Below are positions 27,650 to 37,263 of a stretch of DNA of 49,302 nucleotides, in pieces. Made by a program: the position numbers and the translations under genes. This DNA is from Candidatus Altarchaeum sp. (lineage in GTDB: Archaea; Altiarchaeota; Altiarchaeia; Altiarchaeales; Altiarchaeaceae): the NCBI GenBank assembly GCA_018260615.1, contig JAGWDQ010000081.1:1-49302 (forward strand), read 5' to 3'. Each line of letters opens with the position of its first letter. Positions within the stretch are counted from its first letter, which is position 1. Below the pieces are notes generated by a model that was not told where the DNA came from, ran no database searches, and saw nothing but the letters and a program-made list of their open reading frames with translations.

Positions 27650-30499
27650 ATGTCCATCCAAAAAATTAAACAAATCCGGAAAGGTGTATGGGAGATTGAG
27701 AATAAACCGGTTCCAATCAGAATTTACGGAACTGAAAAGATAGTTAATGCAATGGAAGAAGATGTCATAAATCAGGCGAGAAATGTTTCCCAGCTCCCAG
27801 GAATTGTGAAAGCAAGTTTAGTCATGCCTGACGGACATAAGGGATATGGGTTTCCGATTGGAGGGGTTGCGGCATTTGATATGGAAAAAGGAATAGTCAG
27901 CCCTGGCGGTGTGGGATATGACATCAACTGCCTTTCGGGAGATACAAACATATTATGTGAGCATGGATATTATGTTAAAATAAAGGACTTTGAAGAAAAC
28001 CGGAGGGGGAAAAGTTTGATATCTTATGATCTTTCTAAGGGATATTCAGAAGTTACCTCTATCAAAAAATTTATTAAATTTAAACCGAAAAATTCGGTCT
28101 ATAAAATTATTACAAAAAGCGGAGAGGAAATAACTGCTACTGAAGATCATCCGTTCTGGACTCCGAAAGGAATGCTCGAGGTAAAGAACTTAAAAATCGG
28201 AGAAAAACTCGGAATGGAGCATTTTAAAGGCGTTCCTTATGAAGAACCAGGTGCTCAAGAAATATTAAATGAGAATAAAATTAAGGAAAATCTTATTATT
28301 TTGGAAAAGACATTTCGGGGAAACACTATACAACAGGTAATGGCACAGTTAAAAAAAATAAAAATTTTGCCTTTAAAATACAACTCGCCGCAACTTCCAT
28401 ATTTATTAAAAATAATTGGCTTTATGCTTATTGGAGGATGTCTTTATTTTGAAAATAAAAAGGGGAACGGAATTGTTGTTTTTTACGGAGAGCGAGAGGA
28501 TTTGGAGGAAATGAGGAAGGATATTTTGAAACTCGGATTTACTCCTGAATTTGAAAAGGAACTCATTATGAAGGTTGTCAGTAATTCGTTTGCCGCTTTA
28601 TTATTTTCTCTGGGTGTGCATATGGGTAGAAATGTTGAAGGAGGATATGAAATTCCTTCGTGGATTCTTAAATCGAAATTATGGCAGAAGAGGTTATTTC
28701 TTGCGTCGTTATTTGGGGCGGAAATGTCATTTCCGAGAGTAACAGGTAATAATTTTAGCCCTCCGTACCTTTTCGTGAGTAGATCAAAAAAATTTGAAAA
28801 GAATGGGAAAATTTTTATGCTCCAAATCACCGATCTTCTTTCAGAATTCGGCATAAAGACACAAAAACCCGGAGGGGGTGAGAGCAGTATGCAATTTAAA
28901 ATAATGGTTTCAGACGACATAAAAAATTTGAGCAATTTTTATGAGACCATAAATTTTGAATACAATAGATCCAAAAGAAACGAAAGTAATGCTATTGTTC
29001 AGTATTTAAAGATAAAGGATAAGGTTGTCAGGGAAAGAGAAGAAAAAGCAAAAATTGCGAAGGAACTTTATAAAAACGGCAAAAGCCCGTCTGAAATTTA
29101 CTCTATGCTGGTTTCGGAGTATGTTTGTAAGGGCTTTTTAGAGCAGTCCCTCTATAGGAGAAGAAAAGGAAATCCAAGAGTTCCTAAAAATTTTGAGGGT
29201 TATGAGAAGTATGGGAAGGAAATAATGGATGGCAAAAAAGGATATGTTTGGGATGAGATTGCAAAAATTGAAAAAGTAAATTTTAATGACTTTGTTTATG
29301 ATTTTACAGTTGAGCACAAAGATCATAATTTTATTGCGAATAAATTTATTGTATCTAACTGTGGCGTCCGGCTTTTAACAACCCCTTTAACCGAACAGGA
29401 CATAAAGCCGCGGTTAAAAATTTTAACAGACGAATTATACCAAAATATCCCGAGCGGTGTCGGAAAAGGCGGAATTTTGAAGTTAGGCATTGACAAGATA
29501 GATGAAGTCGGGAGATTAGGTGCAAAATGGGCAATAGAAAATGGTTACGGAATTAAACAGGACTTAAATTTTACGGAAGAGGACGGATGTATTGATGATG
29601 TGGATACAGGCAAGGTTTCCCAAAGAGCAAAGATGAGAGGAAGGGACCAGCTTGGAACATTAGGAAGCGGAAATCACTTTCTTGAAATCCAGAGGGTTGA
29701 GGAAATTTATAATGAAGACATAGCGAAAAAATTCGGACTGTTCAAAGGACAGATAACTGTAATGGTTCACTGCGGAAGCAGGGGATACGGCCATCAGATT
29801 TGTGATGATTATATTAAAATTTTGCTTTCTGCAACAAAAAAATACGGTATAAATTTGCCTGACTGGGAACTGGTCTGCGCTCCGTTAAATTCAAAGGAAG
29901 GGAATGATTATATTAAAGCGATGCACTGCGGTGTCAATTATGCTTTTTGTAACAGGGAAATGATAACGCACTGGATTAGAGAGACATTTGAAAATTTAAA
30001 ATTTAATATTGACCTGAAACTTGTGTATGATGTTTGCCACAACATAGCAAAATTTGAGAAGCACAAAGTTGATGGTGAAGAACGGTTGTTATGCGTTCAC
30101 AGGAAAGGTGCGACAAGGGCATTTGCAGCAGGAAGAAGTGAAATTCCGGAGAGTTACAGAAATGTGGGGCAGCCGGTAATTGTGCCCGGAAGTATGGGAA
30201 CATCGTCTTATGTTTTGGTAGGAACAGAAAAGGCAATGGAAGAGACATTCGGAAGCGTATGTCACGGTGCGGGCAGGGTTATGTCAAGGGCGGGAGGAAT
30301 AAGAACATGGAGGGGCGAAGATATAATGAAAGAAATGGAAAGGAAAGGACAGGTGATAAAGTCGGCCTCTCTGAAGGTTTTGGCAGAAGAACATCCGGGT
30401 GTTTATAAGGATATAGATGAAGTTGTAAAGAGTGTTGAACTGGCAGGATTAAGTAAATTAGTGGCGAAGGTTGTGCCTTTGGGAATTATAAAGGGGTAA
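27650..30499 (+). CDS. rtcB: RtcB RNA/tRNA-splicing ligase with intein
   Basis: MPDGHKGYGFPIGG, GGVGYDIN|C...N|CGVRLL, GTLGSGNHFLE, VHRKGATRAF, HGAGR. Confidence 0.95.
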   Translation: MSIQKIKQIRKGVWEIENKPVPIRIYGTEKIVNAMEEDVINQARNVSQLPGIVKASLVMPDGHKGYGFPIGGVAAFDMEKGIVSPGGVGYDINCLSGDTNILCEHGYYVKIKDFEENRRGKSLISYDLSKGYSEVTSIKKFIKFKPKNSVYKIITKSGEEITATEDHPFWTPKGMLEVKNLKIGEKLGMEHFKGVPYEEPGAQEILNENKIKENLIILEKTFRGNTIQQVMAQLKKIKILPLKYNSPQLPYLLKIIGFMLIGGCLYFENKKGNGIVVFYGEREDLEEMRKDILKLGFTPEFEKELIMKVVSNSFAALLFSLGVHMGRNVEGGYEIPSWILKSKLWQKRLFLASLFGAEMSFPRVTGNNFSPPYLFVSRSKKFEKNGKIFMLQITDLLSEFGIKTQKPGGGESSMQFKIMVSDDIKNLSNFYETINFEYNRSKRNESNAIVQYLKIKDKVVREREEKAKIAKELYKNGKSPSEIYSMLVSEYVCKGFLEQSLYRRRKGNPRVPKNFEGYEKYGKEIMDGKKGYVWDEIAKIEKVNFNDFVYDFTVEHKDHNFIANKFIVSNCGVRLLTTPLTEQDIKPRLKILTDELYQNIPSGVGKGGILKLGIDKIDEVGRLGAKWAIENGYGIKQDLNFTEEDGCIDDVDTGKVSQRAKMRGRDQLGTLGSGNHFLEIQRVEEIYNEDIAKKFGLFKGQITVMVHCGSRGYGHQICDDYIKILLSATKKYGINLPDWELVCAPLNSKEGNDYIKAMHCGVNYAFCNREMITHWIRETFENLKFNIDLKLVYDVCHNIAKFEKHKVDGEERLLCVHRKGATRAFAAGRSEIPESYRNVGQPVIVPGSMGTSSYVLVGTEKAMEETFGSVCHGAGRVMSRAGGIRTWRGEDIMKEMERKGQVIKSASLKVLAEEHPGVYKDIDEVVKSVELAGLSKLVAKVVPLGIIKG
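27929..29359 (+). mobile_element. 477-aa intein with LAGLIDADG-type endonuclease domain
   Basis: Starts CLSGDT; block B TEDHPF; ends VYDFTV..HNFIANKFIVSN; +1 residue Cys; block E-like FLASLFGAE. Confidence 0.93.
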
Positions 30500-30561
30500 A
30501 TTTTATTGTTATTTTTACAGGATGCTAATTTAATATAAAAATAATCTCATTTAAAGATAAA

Positions 30562-30777
30562 ATGGATGAAACATTTAACTGGTTTACAAAAGCGAACCTA
30601 AGTAAGTATGAGGACAAGTATGTCTCTATTGTTGACAGTAAGGTGGTATGTGCGGATGAATCTCCTGAAGAAGCATACAAAATTGCTAAAAAAAAATACC
30701 CGAATAAAGAGATAGTTCTCTGGAAAGTTCCACGTGGTGGGACATTTATATTTCAATTAAAAAATAAAAATGATTGA
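30562..30777 (+). CDS. DUF5678-like small protein, copy 1
   Basis: LSKYEDKYVSIVDSKVV..DESPEEAYKIAKKKYP pattern. Confidence 0.75.
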   Translation: MDETFNWFTKANLSKYEDKYVSIVDSKVVCADESPEEAYKIAKKKYPNKEIVLWKVPRGGTFIFQLKNKND

Positions 30778-31174
30778 ATTTGATTACAGAAAAGAACATC
30801 TTCGCACAGGAGAGGTAATATTCAGACCTGTCTGTAAAGTATATTTTCTTGTGCACGAAAATGAATGGCTTGCTGAATATTTTTATATAGATTCGGGGGC
30901 GGACTATACATTGATTCCTTATCAAATGGGTAAATTTTTAGGATTAGAAAAAAAGGCAGAGGATGTCAAAGAAATAGGAGGAATCGGAGGAGTTATTGGC
31001 GTAAGATTTGCCGTTGTTCCTATGAGAATAGAAGAGCACGAATTTGACTGTACAATTGCATGGGCACAGATTGAGTGCGTCCCTTTTCTTTTAGGCAGAA
31101 CTGATGTATTTGAACATTTTGATATTCTTTTTCAGCAGAGAAAAAACAAGACCATCTTTACATGGCAGAAATAA
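30770..31174 (+). CDS. Retropepsin-like (clan AA) aspartyl protease, copy 1
   Basis: YIDSGADYT catalytic motif, GIGG flap, LLGRTD; 8-nt overlap with the upstream ORF. Confidence 0.82.
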   Translation: MIEFDYRKEHLRTGEVIFRPVCKVYFLVHENEWLAEYFYIDSGADYTLIPYQMGKFLGLEKKAEDVKEIGGIGGVIGVRFAVVPMRIEEHEFDCTIAWAQIECVPFLLGRTDVFEHFDILFQQRKNKTIFTWQK

Positions 31175-31205
31175 TTGAAAATGGAAAATTTATTACTATT
31201 TTCAC

Positions 31206-31298
31206 ATGCTCCTGAAAAACGGCAAAATTTTTTATAACGGAAATTTTGCCAACCTGGACATTGAAATTGACGATGAAACAGGAATTTTAAATGTTTAA
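31206..31298 (+). pseudogene. 5' stub of pyrC
   Basis: First 78 nt match 33737-33814 with 3 mismatches (MLLKNGKIFYNG.FANLDIEIDDETG), then an early stop. Confidence 0.9.
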
Positions 31299-31463
31299 TT
31301 TTCAGAAATGAAAACCAAAAAGGTTTTGTGCAGGTGTTTTGCTGCACTGACCGTAAAAGAGAGTTTGGTTGGTTTTGAATTTAAAAATTAAAATTATCAA
31401 AATTTATTTTTTATTTATACAAATTTAATTATTACTTTAATTATTAGTTTTAAACTTTAAAAA

Positions 31464-31658
31464 ATGACTCAAAACTTTAATGCATTTTTGGCACTTGAAA
31501 AGTCAAAATATAAAGGAAAGTATGTTATAATGATAGATGAGAAGGTTGTAGAAAAAGGTGAAGACATAGAAAATATGCTTCACAGAATAAGAGAAAAATA
31601 TCCTGATAAAATACCACTTGTTGCAAAAATACCTAAGGAGGAGGTGATGGTGCTATGA
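31464..31658 (+). CDS. DUF5678-like small protein, copy 2
   Basis: SKYKGKYVIMIDEKVVEKGEDIENML..IREKYPDKIP. Confidence 0.75.
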   Translation: MTQNFNAFLALEKSKYKGKYVIMIDEKVVEKGEDIENMLHRIREKYPDKIPLVAKIPKEEVMVL

Positions 31659-32068
31659 TTACATTTAATTACCAAAAGGAAAAGTCCCAAATAGGGCTCG
31701 TCTACAGACCTGTCGCAGATGTGATATTGGAAGTTGATAATTTCAAAGTGGAAGTTCCAATGTATATAGATTCGGGTGCAGATATAACATTAATCCCGTT
31801 TAGATTTGGCAGGGCGTTGGGATTTAAACAGGACTCAAATGAAATCATGGAAATGAGAGGTATCTCCGGGAGCGGTGTTCCATATATGCTCAAAAAAGTC
31901 AGGATAATTCTTAAGGATATAGAATTAGAGGCGAGGATTGCGTGGGCACTTATAGAAGATGTTCCCCTGTTACTTGGAAGAATGGATATATTTACTTTAT
32001 TCAGGATAACTTTTGATGAAGCGGAAAAAATTGTTGAGTTTGAGAATGTTCAAAAAATTAAAAATTAA
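31655..32068 (+). CDS. Retropepsin-like aspartyl protease, copy 2
   Basis: YIDSGADIT, RGISG flap, LLGRMD; ATGA overlap with the upstream ORF. Confidence 0.82.
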   Translation: MITFNYQKEKSQIGLVYRPVADVILEVDNFKVEVPMYIDSGADITLIPFRFGRALGFKQDSNEIMEMRGISGSGVPYMLKKVRIILKDIELEARIAWALIEDVPLLLGRMDIFTLFRITFDEAEKIVEFENVQKIKN

Positions 32069-32252
32069 ATCAAAAAATTAAAATTAATCGCTCTTATTTT
32101 TAATAGAGTGAGATTGCTACAAATTGTTATGAAATTTTAGCATTGTATCACGGATTCAAAAATATGAGCCAATAATTTATAGTTTCATTCTATTTATTTA
32201 AAATCTAAATTTATTTATCAATTATAATTCAACAAAAATTTAAAACAACAAA

Positions 32253-33710
32253 ATGAGTGCAAAAAATTTAAAAACAGGCAAAATTTTAGGTGTTTTTGGT
32301 TTGCTTGTTTTCGGAATTTTTTTGATATTATGCGGAAATGTAAATGCTTATTCGGGAGGCAGTGGAACTTGTTATTGCGGTGATGGCACCACTACATCAG
32401 GTGGAAATTCAACAGATGCCTGCGTGGATTGTTCGGCGGCATTGAATGATAATACAAACTGCGCAAATCGGGTGAATTATGTTGGAATAGTGGCGATACT
32501 TAATTATTCAGGAATCTGTATTGCTAATCCTGCGAAGTTCACAAATAAAACTTTTGACTGTCAGGGATATACGATTGACGGAATAGACGCATACGATACT
32601 TATGGAATTTATTTATCTGGAAAAACGGGCAACACAATAAGAAACTGTGTGGTTACTGACTTTCAGAGGGGAATTTATTTACATTCTTCCTCAAACAACA
32701 ACATAACCGACAACACAGCAAATTCAAATAAGGATGATGGAATTCATTTATCTTCTTCCTCAAATAACAACCTAACAAACAATACCGCAACTTCAAATAA
32801 ATATGGTGGAATTTATTTAGATTCTTCCCCAAACAACACCCTAACAAACAACACAGCGAATAATAATGCTCATGGAATTCATTTATATTCTTCCTCAAAC
32901 AACAACACCCTAACCAACAACATAGCGAATACGAATATTGCTGGAATTTATTTACAATCTTCCTCAAACAACAACACCCTAACAAACAACACAGCAAATT
33001 CAAATATTTGGAGTGGAATTTCTTTATCTTCTTCCTCAAATAACACCCTAACAAATAGTACGATAAATTCAAATTGGGATACAGGAATTTCTCTGTTTAC
33101 CTCTTCAAACAACAACCTAATTAACAACACAGCGAAAGATAATTGGAATGGAATTTATTTAGATTCTTCCTCAAACAATACTGTAACAAACAATACAATA
33201 AATTTAAATAAAAATGGAATTTATATCTTTGCTAATTCAAGTATCAATAATATTTTAAACAATAAAATTTCAAATAACATCCAAACAGGAATTACAATAT
33301 CCATTTGTGATCGTTGGGGAGGGTGTCCAGGAGGAAATTCAAATAATACAATAGTAAATAATGAAATTTCAAACAACAAAATCGGAATTTATTCTGGTGC
33401 TTCAAATTCAACAATAAACAACAATTTTGTCTGTGGAAATATACAATTTGATTTTTACTCAACAAATTGGCTTTCAAGTGTTGGAGATAATAATTATTGC
33501 GGCAATGCTGGTGGATGGAATGATACAAATATAAGAGGATGCACAAATACCTGCAAAGCAAAAGACATCTTTGATTTGATTGAAATGCTTGAATATTTAA
33601 GCGGAGAGAAAAATTTAAAATATCCTCAATATTGCAATTTAGATAACAACGACGATATAAATTTAATAGATGTTTTTACTTTGGTTGATAAAATTGTTAA
33701 TGAGGGATAA
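32253..33710 (+). CDS. Secreted parallel beta-helix (NosD/CASH-like) protein with C-terminal dockerin-like domain
   Basis: Signal peptide ending VNA; about ten GIYL.SSSNNTLTNNTANSN repeats; C-terminal NLDNNDDINLID EF-hand-like motif. Confidence 0.8.
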   Translation: MSAKNLKTGKILGVFGLLVFGIFLILCGNVNAYSGGSGTCYCGDGTTTSGGNSTDACVDCSAALNDNTNCANRVNYVGIVAILNYSGICIANPAKFTNKTFDCQGYTIDGIDAYDTYGIYLSGKTGNTIRNCVVTDFQRGIYLHSSSNNNITDNTANSNKDDGIHLSSSSNNNLTNNTATSNKYGGIYLDSSPNNTLTNNTANNNAHGIHLYSSSNNNTLTNNIANTNIAGIYLQSSSNNNTLTNNTANSNIWSGISLSSSSNNTLTNSTINSNWDTGISLFTSSNNNLINNTAKDNWNGIYLDSSSNNTVTNNTINLNKNGIYIFANSSINNILNNKISNNIQTGITISICDRWGGCPGGNSNNTIVNNEISNNKIGIYSGASNSTINNNFVCGNIQFDFYSTNWLSSVGDNNYCGNAGGWNDTNIRGCTNTCKAKDIFDLIEMLEYLSGEKNLKYPQYCNLDNNDDINLIDVFTLVDKIVNEG

Positions 33711-33736
33711 TTTTGCTTTATTTTATCTTTTTTAAA

Positions 33737-34888
33737 ATGCTCCTGAAAAACGGCAAAATTTTTTATAACGGAAAATTTGCTAACCTGGACATTGAAATTG
33801 ACGATGAAACCGGAAAAATTTTAAAGATAGACCGAATAGATGAAATTTCAGCAGGAAATAAAGGCGGCAAAATTTTAAATTTAAGCAAAAAAGTCATAAT
33901 TCCCGGAGCGATAGATGCACATGTTCATTTCAGGGATTTTGAACAGGCATACAAAGAGGACTTTTTAAGCGGAAGCAGGGCGGCAGTAAACGGAGGAATT
34001 ACAAGGGTTTTTGAAATGCCAAATTCAAAACCGAGAGCGGATTGTCTGCATATTATATCTGGCAAAATAAAGAAGAATCCGGATATTGTCAATATGCACT
34101 TTTACGGAAGTGTCAGCGACGAGGACTTTGAAAATAATGCAAAGCAGATAGAAAAATTTATTATCGCCTACAAATTTTATATGTATGAGGATAAAAATTT
34201 TGATGTTCTTGAAAAACTGAATAAGAAAATTTCATTTCACGCCGAATTGAGCAATAGTGATAACTGCATAAGAAATGAAGTTAATGCAATAAAGAACCTG
34301 ACAAAAATTTCGGATAAATTTAAATTTACTCCTCATATATGTCACATATCAACCAATGAAAGTTTAAAAATTGCAAAGGAAAAAAATTTTACTATTGAAG
34401 TTACTCCCCATCATCTGTTATTGGATAAAAGCAACGATATTCGTTTTAATGTCAGGCCTCCGCTGCGGGATGAAAGAGAACGAATGAAATTAGTAAGAAA
34501 TTTAAATGCGATTGATGTAATAGCAAGCGACCACGCTCCTCACAGCGAGAAAGAGAAGGAAAACGGGGCAAACGGATTTTCGGGGGTTGAGACAATGCTG
34601 CCGTTAATGCTAAATTTAGTTAACAAAGGGGTTTTGACATTGGAGCAGTTAATTGAAAAAATTTGTATAAATCCGGCAAAAATTTTTGGAATGAATAATG
34701 AAATCGGACTGAATGAAAAGGCAAATTTAACCGTAATTGATTTAAAAAAGGAATGGAAAATTAAAGGCGACAATTTTTACAGCAAATCAAAATTTACTCC
34801 TTTTGAGGGATGGAATGTTAAAGGAAAGGTCTCGCATGTTGTTGTTAATGGAAAATTGGTGATGGAAGATGAGGTCTTAAATTTGTGA
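33737..34888 (+). CDS. pyrC: Dihydroorotase (start moved from 33713 to 33737)
   Basis: PGAIDAHVHFRD, FHAE, HICHIST, EVTPHHL, ASDHAPH, SKFTPFEG. Confidence 0.85.
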   Translation: MLLKNGKIFYNGKFANLDIEIDDETGKILKIDRIDEISAGNKGGKILNLSKKVIIPGAIDAHVHFRDFEQAYKEDFLSGSRAAVNGGITRVFEMPNSKPRADCLHIISGKIKKNPDIVNMHFYGSVSDEDFENNAKQIEKFIIAYKFYMYEDKNFDVLEKLNKKISFHAELSNSDNCIRNEVNAIKNLTKISDKFKFTPHICHISTNESLKIAKEKNFTIEVTPHHLLLDKSNDIRFNVRPPLRDERERMKLVRNLNAIDVIASDHAPHSEKEKENGANGFSGVETMLPLMLNLVNKGVLTLEQLIEKICINPAKIFGMNNEIGLNEKANLTVIDLKKEWKIKGDNFYSKSKFTPFEGWNVKGKVSHVVVNGKLVMEDEVLNL

Positions 34889-34980
34889 AAATTTTTAAAT
34901 TTAAACATCGTGTTTGTTTTTGGTTTTTTGTTTTTATGGTAAATGTGGTAAATTTTAAAGCAAATATCAGAATTATGGCG

Positions 34981-36540
34981 TCAATTGAAATTTAATAATA
35001 TCTGTTGGTTACTTTTCTTAAAATGGATATTATCTTTAATTTCTATTGAAAAATTCTGAATAAATGACTTCGCAAATGACTTGTAGTTATTTTGATAATT
35101 TCTGCTGATGGTTTTTATATAAAATTCCATATCATAAGAATTTAATATGTCTGCCAGCCAATCCAAATTATCAGGATATTTTATACAATATCCTGCATAA
35201 AAGGTGTAATCCTCTTTACCCCAGACAATAAATTTAGGCCTGAGATTAATCGGAGAAGTTAATATTTTTTTGCCAAATGATGTCTCCAATCCCTGCGATC
35301 TTCCGAAAGCATACCAGCACACAGGATTTGGTTTTCCTTTATCTCTTGCCAATAAGATGTCCTTTATTTGCGTGAAATAACCATAAGTTAGCGGATATTT
35401 GCTTTTTAATTCATCCTCCGGAATTATTTGGTGTTTTCCTTTAACTTTTTTGTAAGGGAATATTATAAAACGATTTTGCTCTTCATCATGGGATTTTAAT
35501 ACCGATGCCTTGACTATCGGTTTCAATATATTTCTTTCAATTTCAAATTTTCTGCCGTTTTTTAGGTTGATAATTGCCGTTTTATCTTTTATAATCGGAT
35601 TTTTAAATATATAATAATCGTCCGCAAGAGTTGTTATTCCAACATGAATTTCAGCAATCCTGCTTAAAGGAATGCCTTTTTTTTCAATTGTATTTACTTT
35701 TTCTAATATTTTATTAGATGCAAGTATCCAATTTTCATCGTTTAAATTTTTTAAATCAATATTGTCAATAAACTCTATTTCTTTGTTTGAATTGCCTTTG
35801 TATAGTTTAAAATATTTTTCCTGATGATTTTTATTTAATATAGTTATTAAAACATAAGTTGTCGCATTATCAAATATCTGATGATGTTCAAAGTCAATTA
35901 AAGTATCTAATATGTTTTTTTGTTTAATAAACAATCTTAAATCCTTGCCTGCTGATGTTTTTAGATATGTGTTCGGAGTAATAAAGCCCAAATATCCTTC
36001 CGGTTTAAGCAAAAAATACCCTAACTCAAAAAATGCCAGATAAATATCTGTTGAACCCGACTTACACAACGACCATTCCTTTTGAATATAATTTCTTTTC
36101 TCTTTTTCTAAATTTTGTATCCGTATATAAGGCGGATTGCCCACAACAAAATCGAAATAATCAAAATAATTCTTGCAGAAATTTTTATTTAAACTGTCAG
36201 TTACACTTAAATTCCAGGTTGTATTTTCCAATCCGAATTCCTTTGCAACAAGGTCTAATTTTATTTTACATTTTTTAATGGCGTTTTCATCTATGTCCCA
36301 TCCAAAAAGATTATTTTCTACAAGGGTTTTTATTTCTTCGCTGCTTTTTTTGTTTTCTTTCGCGCTCATGATAAATCTATCTAGAACTGCAGTTAAAAAA
36401 GCGCCATCACCACAAGCAGGGTCAATTATTTTTTTTGTCTCAATGTCGGCAGCATATTTTAAATTGTCTAAAATCTGACTTACAATCCAATCTGGCGTAT
36501 AAACTATTCCATTTGCCTTTTTATTAGTAATAGTTTTCAT
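34981..36540 (-). CDS. N6-adenine DNA methyltransferase, gamma class (TaqI/Eco57I-like)
   Basis: YTP, IIDPACGDGAFL, VVGNPPYIR, DIYLAF; C-terminal TRD. Confidence 0.92.
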   Translation of the reverse strand: MKTITNKKANGIVYTPDWIVSQILDNLKYAADIETKKIIDPACGDGAFLTAVLDRFIMSAKENKKSSEEIKTLVENNLFGWDIDENAIKKCKIKLDLVAKEFGLENTTWNLSVTDSLNKNFCKNYFDYFDFVVGNPPYIRIQNLEKEKRNYIQKEWSLCKSGSTDIYLAFFELGYFLLKPEGYLGFITPNTYLKTSAGKDLRLFIKQKNILDTLIDFEHHQIFDNATTYVLITILNKNHQEKYFKLYKGNSNKEIEFIDNIDLKNLNDENWILASNKILEKVNTIEKKGIPLSRIAEIHVGITTLADDYYIFKNPIIKDKTAIINLKNGRKFEIERNILKPIVKASVLKSHDEEQNRFIIFPYKKVKGKHQIIPEDELKSKYPLTYGYFTQIKDILLARDKGKPNPVCWYAFGRSQGLETSFGKKILTSPINLRPKFIVWGKEDYTFYAGYCIKYPDNLDWLADILNSYDMEFYIKTISRNYQNNYKSFAKSFIQNFSIEIKDNIHFKKSNQQILLNFN

Positions 36541-36549
36541 TTTTTACCC

Positions 36550-37227
36550 CTAACTTTTTAACTGGCATAACGCCACGAACCTGTCTATGAATTTTTCAAG
36601 CGACAATTCCGAATTTAATATCTTTTTGGTCTTATCAGATAGGTCTAATTCGTTCAAATCCGCAAAATGACAATTATCCGCACTATCAAAATCTATTACG
36701 ATTATACCAAGAACCTCAGGTTTATGTGGGAAATCCTGATCTAAAAAAAGTTTTATATATTTTGATAAAAGGTGCTCATTTAACACATCTGTTTTCTTTT
36801 GTTTGCCTCTTAAATTTCCTTTATTTTTATCAAAATACGGCGTATGAGCCCTTAAAACCAACAGATGTGCAAATCCAACATTTACTCTTCTGATATTTGC
36901 CGTCTCACCAAGCAATTGTTCAAAATAATTATTTGAATTTTGGTCGTAATTTGCTGTTACAAATTTAAAGCTAATTGTAGCAAGAATCTTATCCTCTTTT
37001 GTAACAGTTACATCTAATCTTTTAGGATAATATTTTCCGTCTAATTTTTTCTCGCCGCCATTGCCTAATGCATAAACTTTAAAATTAGCATTTAGTTTGT
37101 TTTTAACTGTTTTTGCTATCCAACTATGTATGGGAATCAGCTTTTTATTGCTTCTTGCTCCAAATTCATTATACGCTTCAAATGCCTCTATAATTGCTTT
37201 TAAAAATTCCTTTTCTAATTTATTCAT
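36550..37227 (-). CDS. Putative Type II restriction endonuclease
   Basis: KRLDVTV...ISFKF...NSNNYFEQLLGET core; directly upstream of and co-oriented with the MTase. Confidence 0.7.
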   Translation of the reverse strand: MNKLEKEFLKAIIEAFEAYNEFGARSNKKLIPIHSWIAKTVKNKLNANFKVYALGNGGEKKLDGKYYPKRLDVTVTKEDKILATISFKFVTANYDQNSNNYFEQLLGETANIRRVNVGFAHLLVLRAHTPYFDKNKGNLRGKQKKTDVLNEHLLSKYIKLFLDQDFPHKPEVLGIIVIDFDSADNCHFADLNELDLSDKTKKILNSELSLEKFIDRFVALCQLKS

Positions 37228-37263
37228 TTTTACATATTAAGTTTATTATTGTTTTCATATTAT

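Noticed and set aside
32653-33130. Short-spacer CRISPR or DGR-like repeats
   Set aside because: The repeats are in-frame beta-helix coding units; no reverse transcriptase or adenine-specific variation seen
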